From the NCBI RefSeq assembly GCF_001194135.2, contig NC_068982.1, positions 190,191,537 to 190,241,125 on the forward strand: DNA of 49,589 nt, given 5' to 3'. The number at the start of each line of letters is the position of its first letter. The stretch's first letter is position 1. Positions 11,439-23,155 of the stretch are shown here, piece after piece. The DNA comes from Octopus bimaculoides. Lineage: Eukaryota. A program made the translations under genes and the position numbers. The notes below the pieces were generated by a model. The model did not search any database, was not told the DNA's origin, and saw only the letters and a program-made list of their open reading frames with translations.

Positions 11439-11700
11439 GGGCATATGGTATAGTGGTTAAGAGTGCGGGTTACTAACCCCAAGATTCCGAGTTCGATTCC
11501 TGGCAGTGACCTGAATAATAATAATAATAACATCGGAAAATACCTTAGGAATGAGAACCCAGGTTTGAAATTTCTCCAAGACACCTGATGAAGGCTGGAG
11601 GGTATATCAACCGAAACGTGTTAACAACAAACAAGATGAGGACAAATATCCGTCAAATGTAAATAATGTAAATAATTCCTCATCTCTTAAATATAGAACT
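11439..11700 (+). mobile_element. tRNA-headed SINE-like family D with Penelope-type hammerhead-like 3' part
   Basis: A box TGGTATAGTGG 11446-11456, B box GTTCGATTCC 11491-11500, (AAT)n spacer, then a body containing CTGATGA...GAAAC. Confidence 0.8.
11580..11622 (+). ncRNA. Minimal type I hammerhead ribozyme motif (this copy degenerate)
   Basis: GACAC-CTGATGA(11585-11591)-A-GGCTG-loop-CAACC-GAAAC(11613-11617)-GTGTT. Core intact, but 3 nt are missing at the cleavage triplet relative to the second copy. Confidence 0.55.
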
Positions 11701-12716
11701 GCACAAAAAGAATAAGATTAATTGTTTGGTTGTTTAATTGGCCTAATTCAATAATCCTTTAATGAAAGACATTCTGGCTGAAATCCTCTTTTCAGACTTT
11801 TCAGTCATCATGTATCTTGGACTACATGAATTTGGCCTTCTTTTTTATAAAAGCAGTCATATAATATTTCTACAGCCATTTGGCTGCTATTTCTGTTTCT
11901 GTGCACCTCTGGAGAAACTTCTTTGTCGTTTCCTCCAGTGGCTGTCCACATTGCTAAAAATTAATTCAAGAAAACCTGTTGTTGTTACTATGGTTACTCA
12001 AGAGGAGAGAACTCTAATGTTTTAAAGACTTTTATTCAAAGCAGCATGAGATATTTTGAGCCCAGTGAAGAATTGATGTAGGTTTGCGGTAGATGCAAAC
12101 ACAGTGTCTGATGTTTGGTATAGAGTGAGTCTAAATACAGGCATTCTTTGATGGTTGATCAGAACCTCTATGTGGTACCTTGACCTGCTAGAAATGGCTG
12201 CTAAATCTCCCTCAAATCACGCCCTGCCATATTGAACAAAAAAAGGAGACATTGGATAATGTATTCTTAGATACACTATGACTGAAAACACATTTGCAAT
12301 ATAACAGCCACCCTTCTAGATATCTCCCTTGTACACAAATGTTGTTTAACCCTTGGTTGGTCTTGATCAAGGGTTTTCCTACTGTGACCATCCTGTGTGT
12401 TTGTGTATCAGTGATTATATGGTTTAATATGCCTTGTTCTAAAATAGTAGGGTGTGATTTGTGGAAGGTTTGGCTGTTATTTCTAGCATTCAAAGCCCTG
12501 TCATTGGCATGTTTTTTCCTTAGTCATTCATGCCAGTAAACCAACAGCTTTCAAAGAACTTATCTTTGGAATGGAATGCAATGACTTGGATGACAAATTT
12601 GTCACCGAGGAGTCTTCATGCTGCTGGTTCCAGAGCTAGAAATATCTCTGTAAATATCTGAAAAATGTCCAAAAGAAAAAGATTTTGTTTCCTGCCAAGC
12701 TCTGAAGTTTTCGCTT

Positions 12717-13215
12717 GGCGCAGGAGTGGCTGTGTAGCTTACCAACCACATGGTTCCGGGTTCAGTCCCATTGCATGGCACCTTCTGCTACAGCCTCGGG
12801 CCAACCAAAGTCTCATGAGTGGATTTGGTAGATGGAAACTATGTATGTATATATATATGTGGTTGGTGTTAGGAAGGGTATCCAGCTTTAGAAACACTGC
12901 CAGATCAGACTGGAGCCTTGTGCAGCCTCCTAGCTTCCCAGACCCCAGTCGAACCATCCAACCTATACCAGCATGGAAAACGGACATTTAACGATAATGA
13001 TGATGATGTGTGTGTGTATGTTTGTGTCTGTGTTTGTCCTCACACCATCGCTTGACAACCGATGTTGGTGTGTTTAATCCCCGTAACTTAGCAATTTGCA
13101 AAAGAGACTGATAGGATAAGTACTAGGCTCACAAAGAATAAGTCCTGGGGTTGATTTGTTCGACTAAAGGCAGTGCTCCAGCATGGCCACAGTCAACTGA
13201 CTGAAACAAGTAAAA
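12717..13215 (+). mobile_element. SINE-A copy with SINE-B 3' part nested in its central TG/TA microsatellite
   Basis: A head from about 12717, B segment 12859-13007 ending (GAT)n, A tail resumes to about 13215. Confidence 0.8.
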
Positions 13216-14538
13216 CAGCCATCGACTTATTAGGAGAGAAGGGTCCTGAATCCTTGCTCTCAACATTTCTCCATTTCTTGAAAGGAAGGGACACAAATGG
13301 TCCCGATGATTCTCTCACAGTGCAGTTGATTTTGAGAAAGAGAAGACTTGACCTCGTGCTAGCCAAAACAGATGAAAAGCAAAGCTGACCTCAATGAGAT
13401 TTCAACTCTGAATAACAAAAAAGCTAAACACCACAAGGTATTTCTTCTCCCATGCTATTAATAGCTGTGCTAATTGACTTGTGCCTTCTAATCAAGTCTT
13501 TTGACTCATTATAGGAATATATTCTGAGGATTTGAAGACTATTCCCCTCAGCTCGCGATGAGGCCATCAACTTCACTTGGTCCAGTTTCTTTAAGTACTT
13601 CCTCTTCCCATCCTTACCACTTCTATCAAATCAGAACTTTCTTGAGGAAGAGAAATTATTATTATTATTATTATTAAGGTGGTGAGCTGGCAGAATCGTT
13701 AGCTGGATGAAATGCTTAGCAATATTTCACCCGTTGCTACACACTTTCATCAAAGCCTCATCAATTGACCCCCCCCCCTCAATTCCAGATCTGCTTCTGG
13801 TCTGTTTGTCTTTTAATCAAACAATCAATTACTTAATTGGTTAAATCCTGAGATACAACAAAATGTTTCAACTACACACTTAACATCAAGAATGGTGCAA
13901 ACCAAATACAAAAGCAAAATTGATTGCTATTTCTAGTAAGTGACCACATAAAGGGCTTCTGCTATTGTTTTGTTATTATTGTAAAGACAGCCAAGGTACA
14001 CCGGCCAAAATACTTAGGGGCATTTCTTCTGACTTTACATTCTGAGTTCAAAACCTGCCGAGGGCTACTTTTGGGGATCATTAAAATAAATATCAGTTGA
14101 ACAAGGGACTTAATGTAATCAACTTCAAAATTGCTGGCGTTGGGCCAAAATTGAAAAGAATTATTGTAAGCACAGCTAGGCTGGCATATTGGCAGAATCA
14201 TCAGAGTTGTATTTCTTCCAACCCTTTATGTTCTGAGTTCAAGTCTTGCTGAAGCCAGCCATGTCCCCTTTTGGGGTCACCCGTTGTCAACAACAACAAC
14301 ACACACATACACACCTGCAAGCACATGTCTCTGTCTATCTTTCTCTTTCCGAAATGCCTAGAGATTAGGGTCTTGCACTCATAATAGCCAGATTATCGAA
14401 CTGGGCAGCACATTGTGTTCTTGAGCAAAACACATCACCTCACATTGCTCTGCGGATGCGAGAGTAGCAGAATCATTAGCAGACATGCTTTACACTGTAT
14501 CTTCCAGCTCTCTACATTCTGAGTTCAAATCCCACCTG

Positions 14539-14573
14539 CCTGGAGAAGGCAATGGGAAACCACCCCAGTATTC
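14539..14573 (+). mobile_element. RTE/BovB-type UTR motif
   Basis: CCTGGAGAAGGCAATGGGAAACCACCCCAGTATTC; 31 of 35 positions match my recalled Bov-A motif CCTGGAGAAGGAAATGGCAACCCACTCCAGTATTC. Confidence 0.5.
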
Positions 14574-16004
14574 ATCTCAAGTCTAGTCATGGCAACCGAA
14601 GTTCCAGTAATCCACTTAACGGTTGTAGGGGAGGGTATGGGTCCTTCCAGGTCATAGAGAAAGTGCTGGAGAAGGTTCACATGCACAGGACCTTTTGCCC
14701 AAGGATAGACCACCTCTAGACTAGATCATAAATGAGGGAATCTCTGTGTTGTGTTTAATCTGCTAAAAATAGTAGCCTAAAGTTCCTCATATTGCTTCTT
14801 ACCATCTAAAAGAAAAATGCAAGTACACTAGAGTTTATTTAAACTTGTATCTATATATGTCTGGAAAATGGTGATTATGGTTTTGGAATGTCTTTGAACA
14901 TAAAACACAACCAGGGCTGACCAGCTAAGAGCTACACCATACCAATTGCTACTGCAGTAAATAATACAACCTACTAGAAATAGTAACCATCCAAACGTGG
15001 TTGATGCCAGCCCCCTCGTTCCAACTGGCTTCTGTGCTGGTGGCATGTAAAAAGCACCATCCGAACGTGGCCAATGCCAGCACCGCCTTGACTGGCTCCC
15101 ATACCGGTGGCATGTAAAAAGCACCTACTACACTCTCGGAGTGGTTGGCGCTAGGAAGGGCATCCAGTTGTAGAAAACATTGCCAGATCAGATTGGAGCC
15201 TGTTACAGCCTCCTGGCTTCTCAGACCCCAGTCAAACCATCCAACCCCTGCCAGCATGGAAAACAGATGTTAACCAATGATGATGATGATGATCGCCTTC
15301 AACCACATCTTAGCATGTTAACCACAGCAAAGTCATTAGATAAAGCAATCTTAGATAACCCTAAAAAGTTGGGATGGTTATGGCTGGAACACGTTTGATC
15401 ATAGGGCTGTTTGATCAGGGGCAGACCTGGGGCTAAATACCAGCATGTACACTTAGGGCTAGGTAGATTTGACCCTGAGGTGAGGCAGGATTAAGAACTT
15501 TAATCCGTACACTGCAGGGACAACAGCTAACCATCATTATCACAAGCTTGACTTGCTAGAAATAACAACCAATTCCCTCGTATATCCCATGAAGGACATA
15601 CTAAATAATGTAGTCCTAGCAATGCTGTGTGCTGGAGTGGGAGAATGAAAGACAGAATGGCTATATTAATCATGGCTGGGATGCTTTTCATCCTAAGCCT
15701 GTCTGCTGGATCAGGGATAACCTGGGGTTAAACAACATTAAACAGTTATCATGAGCCAATGGGGAAGCCTCAATGTAGTTGCTCAAGCAGCTAGAAATAG
15801 CAGCCAAATATCTTTTATAATCACAGCTTTGAGCTTTATAAGTATGAAGTACATTTTGAATGATATAGTCTAAGATACACCACCATCATCATCAGTCTGT
15901 TAGGTGGATCAGGGGATGGTACAGCTGGACCTAGGGTTAAACAGCAACAAGAACAGCTGTTACCACTGGTCTTAGCATTGTTTGTGAAACACCCTTACCA
16001 CCAC

Positions 16005-16205
16005 ATTGACCACCGCCACCACCAGCACCATAACAGCACCACTACTACCAGCACCATAACAGTTACCACCACTCTTACTACTACTACTACCTCTGCTACC
16101 ACCACTACTACTACTATCACCACCCCTCCTACTACTCCTACTGCTACCAACAACACCAACTCTATTACCACTACTACTACAACCACCATTACAACTACTG
16201 CTATT
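16005..16205. repeat. (ACC/ACT)n trinucleotide low-complexity tract
   Basis: Direct reading; gives the Thr-rich and Val-rich pseudo-ORFs in the track. Confidence 0.85.
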
Positions 16206-17164
16206 AGTTGCACTCGCTTGTACCCCAACTTATTGTACTGAGTACACTCAATTAGTTGGTTTGGGTGAGTGAGGGTGGGTAGATGTGGGGCAGTATAAGG
16301 CAAGTTTGGTATGGCGAGAGAGAGATGGAGGTGGTGGGGGTAGACTTATCTGCATATTTCTATTGTTCCTTAACCTTTTTGTCAGTGCCATCAAAAAAGC
16401 CTCCTCCACCTCTCGCCACCTCACATCTACCCTACTTTACCCCACCCCAGCCCCCCACCCGTCCTACCTCCAGATGTCCCAACCCACCATAATACACACC
16501 TTCTGCATCAGTTCTTGCTGATATTCTGTCTGGAATAACCGTTTCTTGCTAACAGATCTTCTCTAACAAACTTTGATATCTTCACTTTCAATAAACAAAT
16601 ACAATATGTCTGCTGAAGTTGTCTTCACCCCCCCCTCTCTCTCACTCTCTCTCACTCTCTCCCCCTCTCTCTCACTCTCTCCCCCTNNNNNNNNNNNNNN
16701 NNNNNNNNNNNNNNNNNNNNNNNNNNNNNNNNNNNNNNNNNNNNNNNNNNNNNNNNNNNNNNNNNNNNNNNNNNNNNNNNNNNNNNNNNNNNNNNNNNNN
16801 NNNNNNNNNNNNNNNNNNNNNNNNNNNNNNNNNNNNNNNNNNNNNNNNNNNNNNNNNNNNNNNNNNNNNNNNNNNNNNNNNNNNNNNNNNNNNNNNNNNN
16901 NNNNNNNNNNNNNNNNNNNNNNNNNNNNNNNNNNNNNNNNNNNNNNNNNNNNNNNNNNNNNNNNNNNNNNNNNNNNNNNNNNNNNNNNNNNNNNNNNNNN
17001 NNNNNNNNNNNNNNNNNNNNNNNNNNNNNNNNNNNNNNNNNNNNNNNNNNNNNNNNNNNNNNNNNNNNNNNNNNNNNNNNNNNNNNNNNNNNNNNNNNNN
17101 NNNNNNNNNNNNNNNNNNNNNNNNNNNNNNNNNNNNNNNNNNNNNNNNNNNNTTTTTTTTTGTT

Positions 17165-17545
17165 TTTAATTCTTTTTTATTTATTCCAGTCATTTGACTG
17201 TGGCCATGCTGGAGCACTGCCTTTAGTCGAACAAATCAACCCCAGGACTTATTCTTTGTAAGCCTAGTACTTATTCTATTGGTCTCTTTTGCCAAACCAC
17301 TAAGTTATGGGGACGTAGACATACCACCATCAGTTGTCAAGCAATGCTGGGGGACAAACACAGATGCACACACACACACATATACGACGGGCTTCTTTCA
17401 GTTTCCATCTACCAAATCCAATCACAAGGCTTTGGTCGGCCCGAGGCTATAGTAGAAGACTGTGGCCAAGGTGCCACACAGTGGGACTGAACCCAGAACC
17501 ATGTGGTTGGTAAGTAAGCTACTTACCACACAGCCACTCCTACGG
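17165..17545 (-). mobile_element. Near full-length SINE-A copy (others about 6098-6190 +, 20033-20405 +, 41005-41365 -, 45115-45500 + variant, 47140-47510 -, 48440-48590 -)
   Basis: Complete head (caggagtggctgtgtggtaagtagcttacttaccaaccacatggttct...), central (TG)n and tail. Confidence 0.85.
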
Positions 17546-18075
17546 TTGAGTGCATTAATGTTAATATAAATGAATTTGTGTGTGTGTGTGTATTTCTATC
17601 TTTTGTGTGGATTAGTGATGATATATAACCGAGTGAAATTGTAGTCCTGGCCGGTGCCAGTGCTGTCTGATTGGTGAAAACACACAGTTCAGTGTTGCCA
17701 TCTATTAGGAATGCAAAACATTGTTGTTTTGAGTGTTTTGACACTTGTCAATGAGATGTGCCTAAGAGAGGTAACTCTGAATGAATTTAATAAAGTCATA
17801 GCTTTATATATAATTCAGTCATCATGTTGACTGATTTGCACTAGTAGATTGCCCGGTTGGGGTAAACAACTAGTTTAAATTCTGCTCCTACTTAAACACT
17901 GATTTGCACTAAAGCTTCGTTGTTAACCATGACTTAATATTTTGGTTTCAAATTTGGGCACAAGGCCAATATTTTCAAGGGAACAGAGGTAGATCTATTA
18001 CATTGCCCTCACTGATCAATTGGCACTTATTTTATTGACCCCCAAAAGGCTGAAAGGCAAAGTCGACAATGGCAC

Positions 18076-18460
18076 AATTATTAAGTTGAACCTGACCTAA
18101 TTATTAAATTGAACCTGACTTGATTATTAAAGTTGGACCTAACCTAATTATTAAAGTTGGAGCTGACCTAATTACTAAGTTGAACCTAACCTAATTACTA
18201 ATTTGAACCTGACCTAGTTATCAAATTGAACTTGACCTAATTATTAAGTTGAATCTGACCTAATTATTAAGTTGAGCCTGACTTGATTATTAAATTTAAT
18301 CTGACCTAATTATTAAATTGAACCTGGCCTATTTACTAAGTTGAACCTAGCCTAGTTATTAAATTGAGACTGACCTAATTATTAAGTTGAACCTGACCTA
18401 ATTATAAAATTGAGCCTCACCTAATTATTAAAAGGAACCTGACCTAATTATTAAATTGAA
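18076..18460. repeat. Minisatellite, 23-bp unit AATTATTAAGTTGAACCTGACCT, about 17 copies
   Basis: Direct reading; units contiguous, point variants only. Confidence 0.92.
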
Positions 18461-19104
18461 CATTATGATTTATGCCCTTTCCTCCATTTCCTCTGAATGC
18501 ACATCATAAATATGCAAACATTCGCATATATACGTAGAGTAATTCAATATCTTTTAATAACTAAAGAATTCCAGGAATGCTGAGAATGGCAATAGATGTG
18601 GTTATCCCTTCTCCTTCCCTCTCTGCCCTTCCCTCCTCTCCTTGGCATGTTTACTAGAGCAGATCTATGGAGGTACATTCTGTGGTCCAAGAAATGATTC
18701 TGCATCTGACTTTCAATTCCCAGATGGATTTATCCCACTCATGTCACTAATGCTCTTCATTAAAGATGTCAATGTCTCTACATCCCACACATATTCTGTT
18801 TAATAATGACTTGTGTTGTTTTGTACCGTTTGTGAAGGAGATGAATGTTTGAAAGTTATGTAACAAAGTAAGGGCAGTGATAAAGATGTGGTAATGATGA
18901 GGGCACGGTAGGTGAGGGATTACCGGATCAACCTCAGTACTTGACTGGTAGAGTACCTTTTTGGACCCTGAAAGCATGAAAGACATAGCTGACCTCAGCA
19001 GGATTTGAACTTAGAAAGTAAAGAGCCAAAAGAAAATGCTGCAAAAGCATTTTTTCCCCCTTTTTTTTTTTTCAACATTCTAACAATTATACCAACTTAG
19101 TCAT

Positions 19105-19320
19105 AATCTTTTCTACATTAGGCACAATGCCTGAAATTTTGGGGGAGGGTCCAGTTGATTAGATCAACCCCAGTATGCAACTGGTACTTAATTTATTGAC
19201 CCCGAAAGGATGAAAGGCAAAGTCAACCTCGGCGGAATTTGAATTCTGAACGTAAAGACAGACGAAATACCGCTAAGCATTTCGCCTGGCATGCTAACGT
19301 TTCTGCCAGCTCACCGCCTT
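19105..19320 (-). mobile_element. Well-preserved SINE-C copy
   Basis: Full head-to-tail match to the family C consensus. Confidence 0.85.
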
Positions 19321-19411
19321 ACCAACTTAGTAATAATAAATAAATAAATAAATAAATACATTACATTTTTTTTTTAAATGCTAAAATAAATTTTATTAAA
19401 AAATTATTACA

Positions 19412-19412
<1 letters not shown>

Positions 19413-19505
<93 letters not shown>
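19413..19505. repeat. (TG)n microsatellite (other long ones about 41179-41251 CA, 46608-46716 TG, 38730-38808 CT)
   Basis: Direct reading. Confidence 0.95.
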
Positions 19506-19508
<3 letters not shown>

Positions 19509-22231
19509 AGTGTGTTTGAAGAGATTTTTCAGGTGTTAGTGATATGTGTGTATAGTGAAAGCTAGATGTATGCTTATGTTGAGGGGTTTGTTTTGGCATG
19601 TTCCATTCTTATCAGCAGGGCTCTTACCCTACATTAGATACAGATGGTAGGTGCTTGTGGTGGGTCCAAATTTTCTGCCAGCATCTCCCTGCTCCTAGCA
19701 GCAAAGCTCCCAAGTATTCCATGTTGTGTGTATATCCTCTCCGAGCTTTCTTTTCGTATTCTTTGATCAGTTATCAGCAGGTGCAAGTTGCTTGGAGATG
19801 AAGCAGATGCCAAGTTAACCACCACTTCTCTTTATCTTAGCTGCAGGACTTTCATCCATTAGTGGACTCTGCTGTTTGTAGCAGTTAATTTAGTAAATGT
19901 AGGGCTCTTCATGCGCCTAGCAGACTGTTTAGATATTAACTACAAGGAGAAAACTATGAATGCTTAGTCATCTGTAGACATCTACGGTCATTTGGTACGA
20001 GTTAATAGGATTCTTCATCTTTACCATTAACAGGCACAGGCATGGCTGTGTGATAGGAAGTTTGCTTCCCAACCACATGGTTCTGGGTTCAATCCCACTG
20101 CATGGCACCTTAGGAAAATGTCTTTAAAGCTTTGTGAGTGGATTTGGTAGATGGAAACAGAAAGAAGCCCCTGGTGCATGTGTGTGTGTGTGTGTGTGTG
20201 TTTGTTTGTCCCCACCACTGCTTGACAATTGGTGTTGGTGTGTTTATGTCCCTGTAACTTAGTGGCTCAGCAGAAGAGACTGATAAAATAAGTACCAGGC
20301 TTAAATAAAAAATGAGTACTAGAGTCAGTTCGTTCAGCTAAAAATCCTTTAAGGTGCTGCTGCAGCATGGCCGCAGTCTAATGACTGAAACAAGTAAAAG
20401 ATATTTATTGTCATCTTTTTTTGTTATTGTCTTCAAAGTTTTCTTCATTGTTATCATCATCCTCATCAGCATCATCATGGCCTTCTTTGCTGGCATCCAG
20501 TTTGCCATGCTTGCATGGGTCAGACAAAATTTATTGAGGTAGATTTTTCTACAGCTGGATGCACTTCCTGTCACCAACCTTCACTTCTTACCAAAGCAAA
20601 AGGATATTTTACCCTAGTTGAGACACTTTTCTACTTTTCTTGAAGATTGCAAATGGCACAGCACTATTTGTGTGACTGTAATATTCGTTTACAATTAATA
20701 CAGCATATATGGAGACATACTCAAACGCACAAACACATATATTACATACGTACATGTGTGCATTAGCATATGTATATATATCAGCAATGGGCTTCGATAC
20801 AGTTTCCATCTATCAAATTTACTAGCAAAGCTTTGGTTAAATAATAAGTTAAAAATAGACAAAATTTATAAAAGATCAAATAAACAAGAAAAAGCCCAAA
20901 ACTACCTCACCGAGGAAACAAAGAAAAAAAGGAAAGAAAGGGTGGTGAACGAAGCAGTAAAATATGGTGGGGGAGTAAATGGCTGTGTACACCTCAGAAC
21001 AAATGGTATGTTTTGCTGCACCTTATGGACATGATTGGAAAGGCGTTGCCATGGAGAATGGCCAGTGACACTCAGTGCAGCAGCCAACCCTCCACTCGAA
21101 ACTCATTTCTCAGACTGATCGTAGTTATCCCGATTTTGCAGAGAAAATCAACAGACTGAGATTGGAAAAGCACCCGAGGTCTCAACAGTGACCATCACAA
21201 GCCAATAGCAGCCATTTAGGCTCCTCTATTTGTTTATTTTTCTCTTCTCTGCATTATGGGTGGTGAAATTTTGGTCAGCTTGAAGTTAGAGTAGAAAGTA
21301 TTTGCCCAAGGTGCCAAGCAGTGGAATTGAACCAAAAACAGGTGGTTGTTGTTTGAACTTCTTAGCCACACATCCATCATTATAATTAGCTTTGCTGTCA
21401 TTGGCACTGCTGTTGCTGGCATTAATAACATTAGCCTCGTTAAGATCATTTTCATTTGCACATAAATCATTAAGATTAGCATGGTTATTATAAATAGTAT
21501 TAGTAACATTATCTCCTGCAGAAAAGCACTTTACAATCTTAAATGGGAATTTACTGGACAGTAGGGACGAAGAGAGGCTGTGAGGCAAAGTTTGAAAAGA
21601 TGGTCATGGCTGCCACATCTGTCGTTATAGATCACCTGGGACTAAACCATAGCTTTATTAGATTGGAAATTGGGTTTAAGGGATGAGTTTTCACTGAACT
21701 GGGATTCTTGATGTGTGTGTCTGCATGTGTATCAGTCTTCTCTGTACCTTAAATCTCTCAGCTGGCGTAAAGCCACATCTCCTTACTACTACTCTCAGCT
21801 GAGGGAGTTTTGTCTTGCAACGTACTTGGTGACCCTGTCGGTGCTGTTAACGCATAAAAAGCACTTGGTGCTGGTGCCATGCAAAGAGCATCCAGTACAC
21901 TCTGTAAAGTGGTCGGTGTTAAGAAAGGCATCTAGCTGTAGAAACCCTGTCAAAACAGACCATGGAACCTGATATGGACCTTGTCAGCTCCTGTCAAACT
22001 ATCCAACCCATGCCAGCAAGGAAAGCAGGCATTAAATGATGATGAAATATGGGATGAGTTTCTGCAGAGGTTTTGCCTCATAAATATGCTTGCAAGGCAT
22101 TGGTCACCGTAAGACTGCAGTTCAAGATGCTTGCCCAAGTGCTCAGTTGTATCGTTTTGTGAGGGTTTAATACTTTTTTTACGAATGCATTTTTTTTTTA
22201 TTTTCATTTATTCCTTTTTGTGCATATATAT

Positions 22232-22800
22232 ATCATCGTTATTGTTTAATGTCTGCTTTCCATGCTGGCATGGATTGGACGGTTTGACTGAGGTCTGGAG
22301 AGCCAGAAGGCTGCACCAGACTCCAATCTGATCTGGCAAGGTTTCTACAGCTGGATGCCCTTCCTAACACCAACCACTCCGAGAGTGTAGTGGGTGCATT
22401 TTATGTGCCACCAGCACAGGAGCCAGTCAGGTGGGGGCCTAGCATCGATCATGTTTGGATATTGCTTTTTATGTGCTACTGGCATAGGAGCCAGTCAAGG
22501 AGTATTGGCATCGGCCACATTCAGATAGTGCTTTTTATGTGCTTCCAGCACAGGTGTGAGTCAAGGGTTACTGGCATCAGCCACGTTCTGATGGTGCTTT
22601 TTACGTGCCACCAGCATGGAAGCCAGTCCAGCGGACCTGGCATCGGCCACGTTCTGATGGTGCTTTTTATGTGCCACTGGTATGGGAGCCAGTCAGTGGG
22701 ACCTGGCATTGATCATGTTTGGATGGTGCTTTCTGCATTCCACCGGTACTGGACCCAGTCAGGGAGCAATGACCATAGTTACGATTTTGGTTTTACTTGA
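22232..22800 (-). mobile_element. SINE-B copy with internal tandem array of about 65-bp units (about 6 copies, 22395-22765)
   Basis: B tail at 22232-22395, followed by repeats of ggtgctttttatgtgccaccagcacaggagccagtcag...ctggcatcggccacgttctgat. Confidence 0.85.
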
Positions 22801-22974
22801 TTTCAACAGGTCTTCTCAAGGATATCATATTGCCCAATGCATCAAGGGTACTTTTAAATAGGCCAGACATGCAACACTGTTTTTCTTACAGACAGTGCCC
22901 AATTGACCCTACAATACTGTATAGTTGACAAAATCAAAAATATACAATGGTGACAATTTACCAGTTGCACCCTG

Positions 22975-22976
22975 TG

Positions 22977-23011
<35 letters not shown>

Positions 23012-23117
23012 CATGTGTATGTATGTGTGTATGTATATGTGTATGTGTGTATATGTATGTATATGTGTATGTATGTGTGTATATTTGTGTGTGTGTATAT
23101 ATATGTATGTGTGTGTG

Positions 23118-23152
<35 letters not shown>
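22975..23152. repeat. Compound (TG)/(TATG)/(TA) microsatellite (similar CATATA/CACATA tract about 28250-28525)
   Basis: Direct reading. Confidence 0.9.

Positions 23153-23155
<3 letters not shown>

Noticed and set aside
11439-11510. tRNA gene
   Set aside because: Has A and B boxes but I could not close an acceptor stem, and it runs into a SINE body found again at 32219-32475.
13173-13388. 71-aa ORF
   Set aside because: Starts inside a SINE-A tail at a non-ATG codon; remainder unrecognised.
15978-16303. Thr-rich mucin-like or Val-rich membrane ORFs
   Set aside because: Translation of an (ACC/ACT)n tract with no splice signals or domain context.
18076-18460. CRISPR-like appearance of the 23-bp array
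   Set aside because: Units are contiguous with no unique spacers, there are no cas genes, and the context is eukaryotic.
19628-19760. Minus-strand peptide MEYLGALLLGAGRCWQKI resembling rapsyn LGQVQALLGVAKCW, followed by a GTAAGA donor
   Set aside because: Wrong strand for the rapsyn gene, short weak similarity and no clean acceptor; probably chance.
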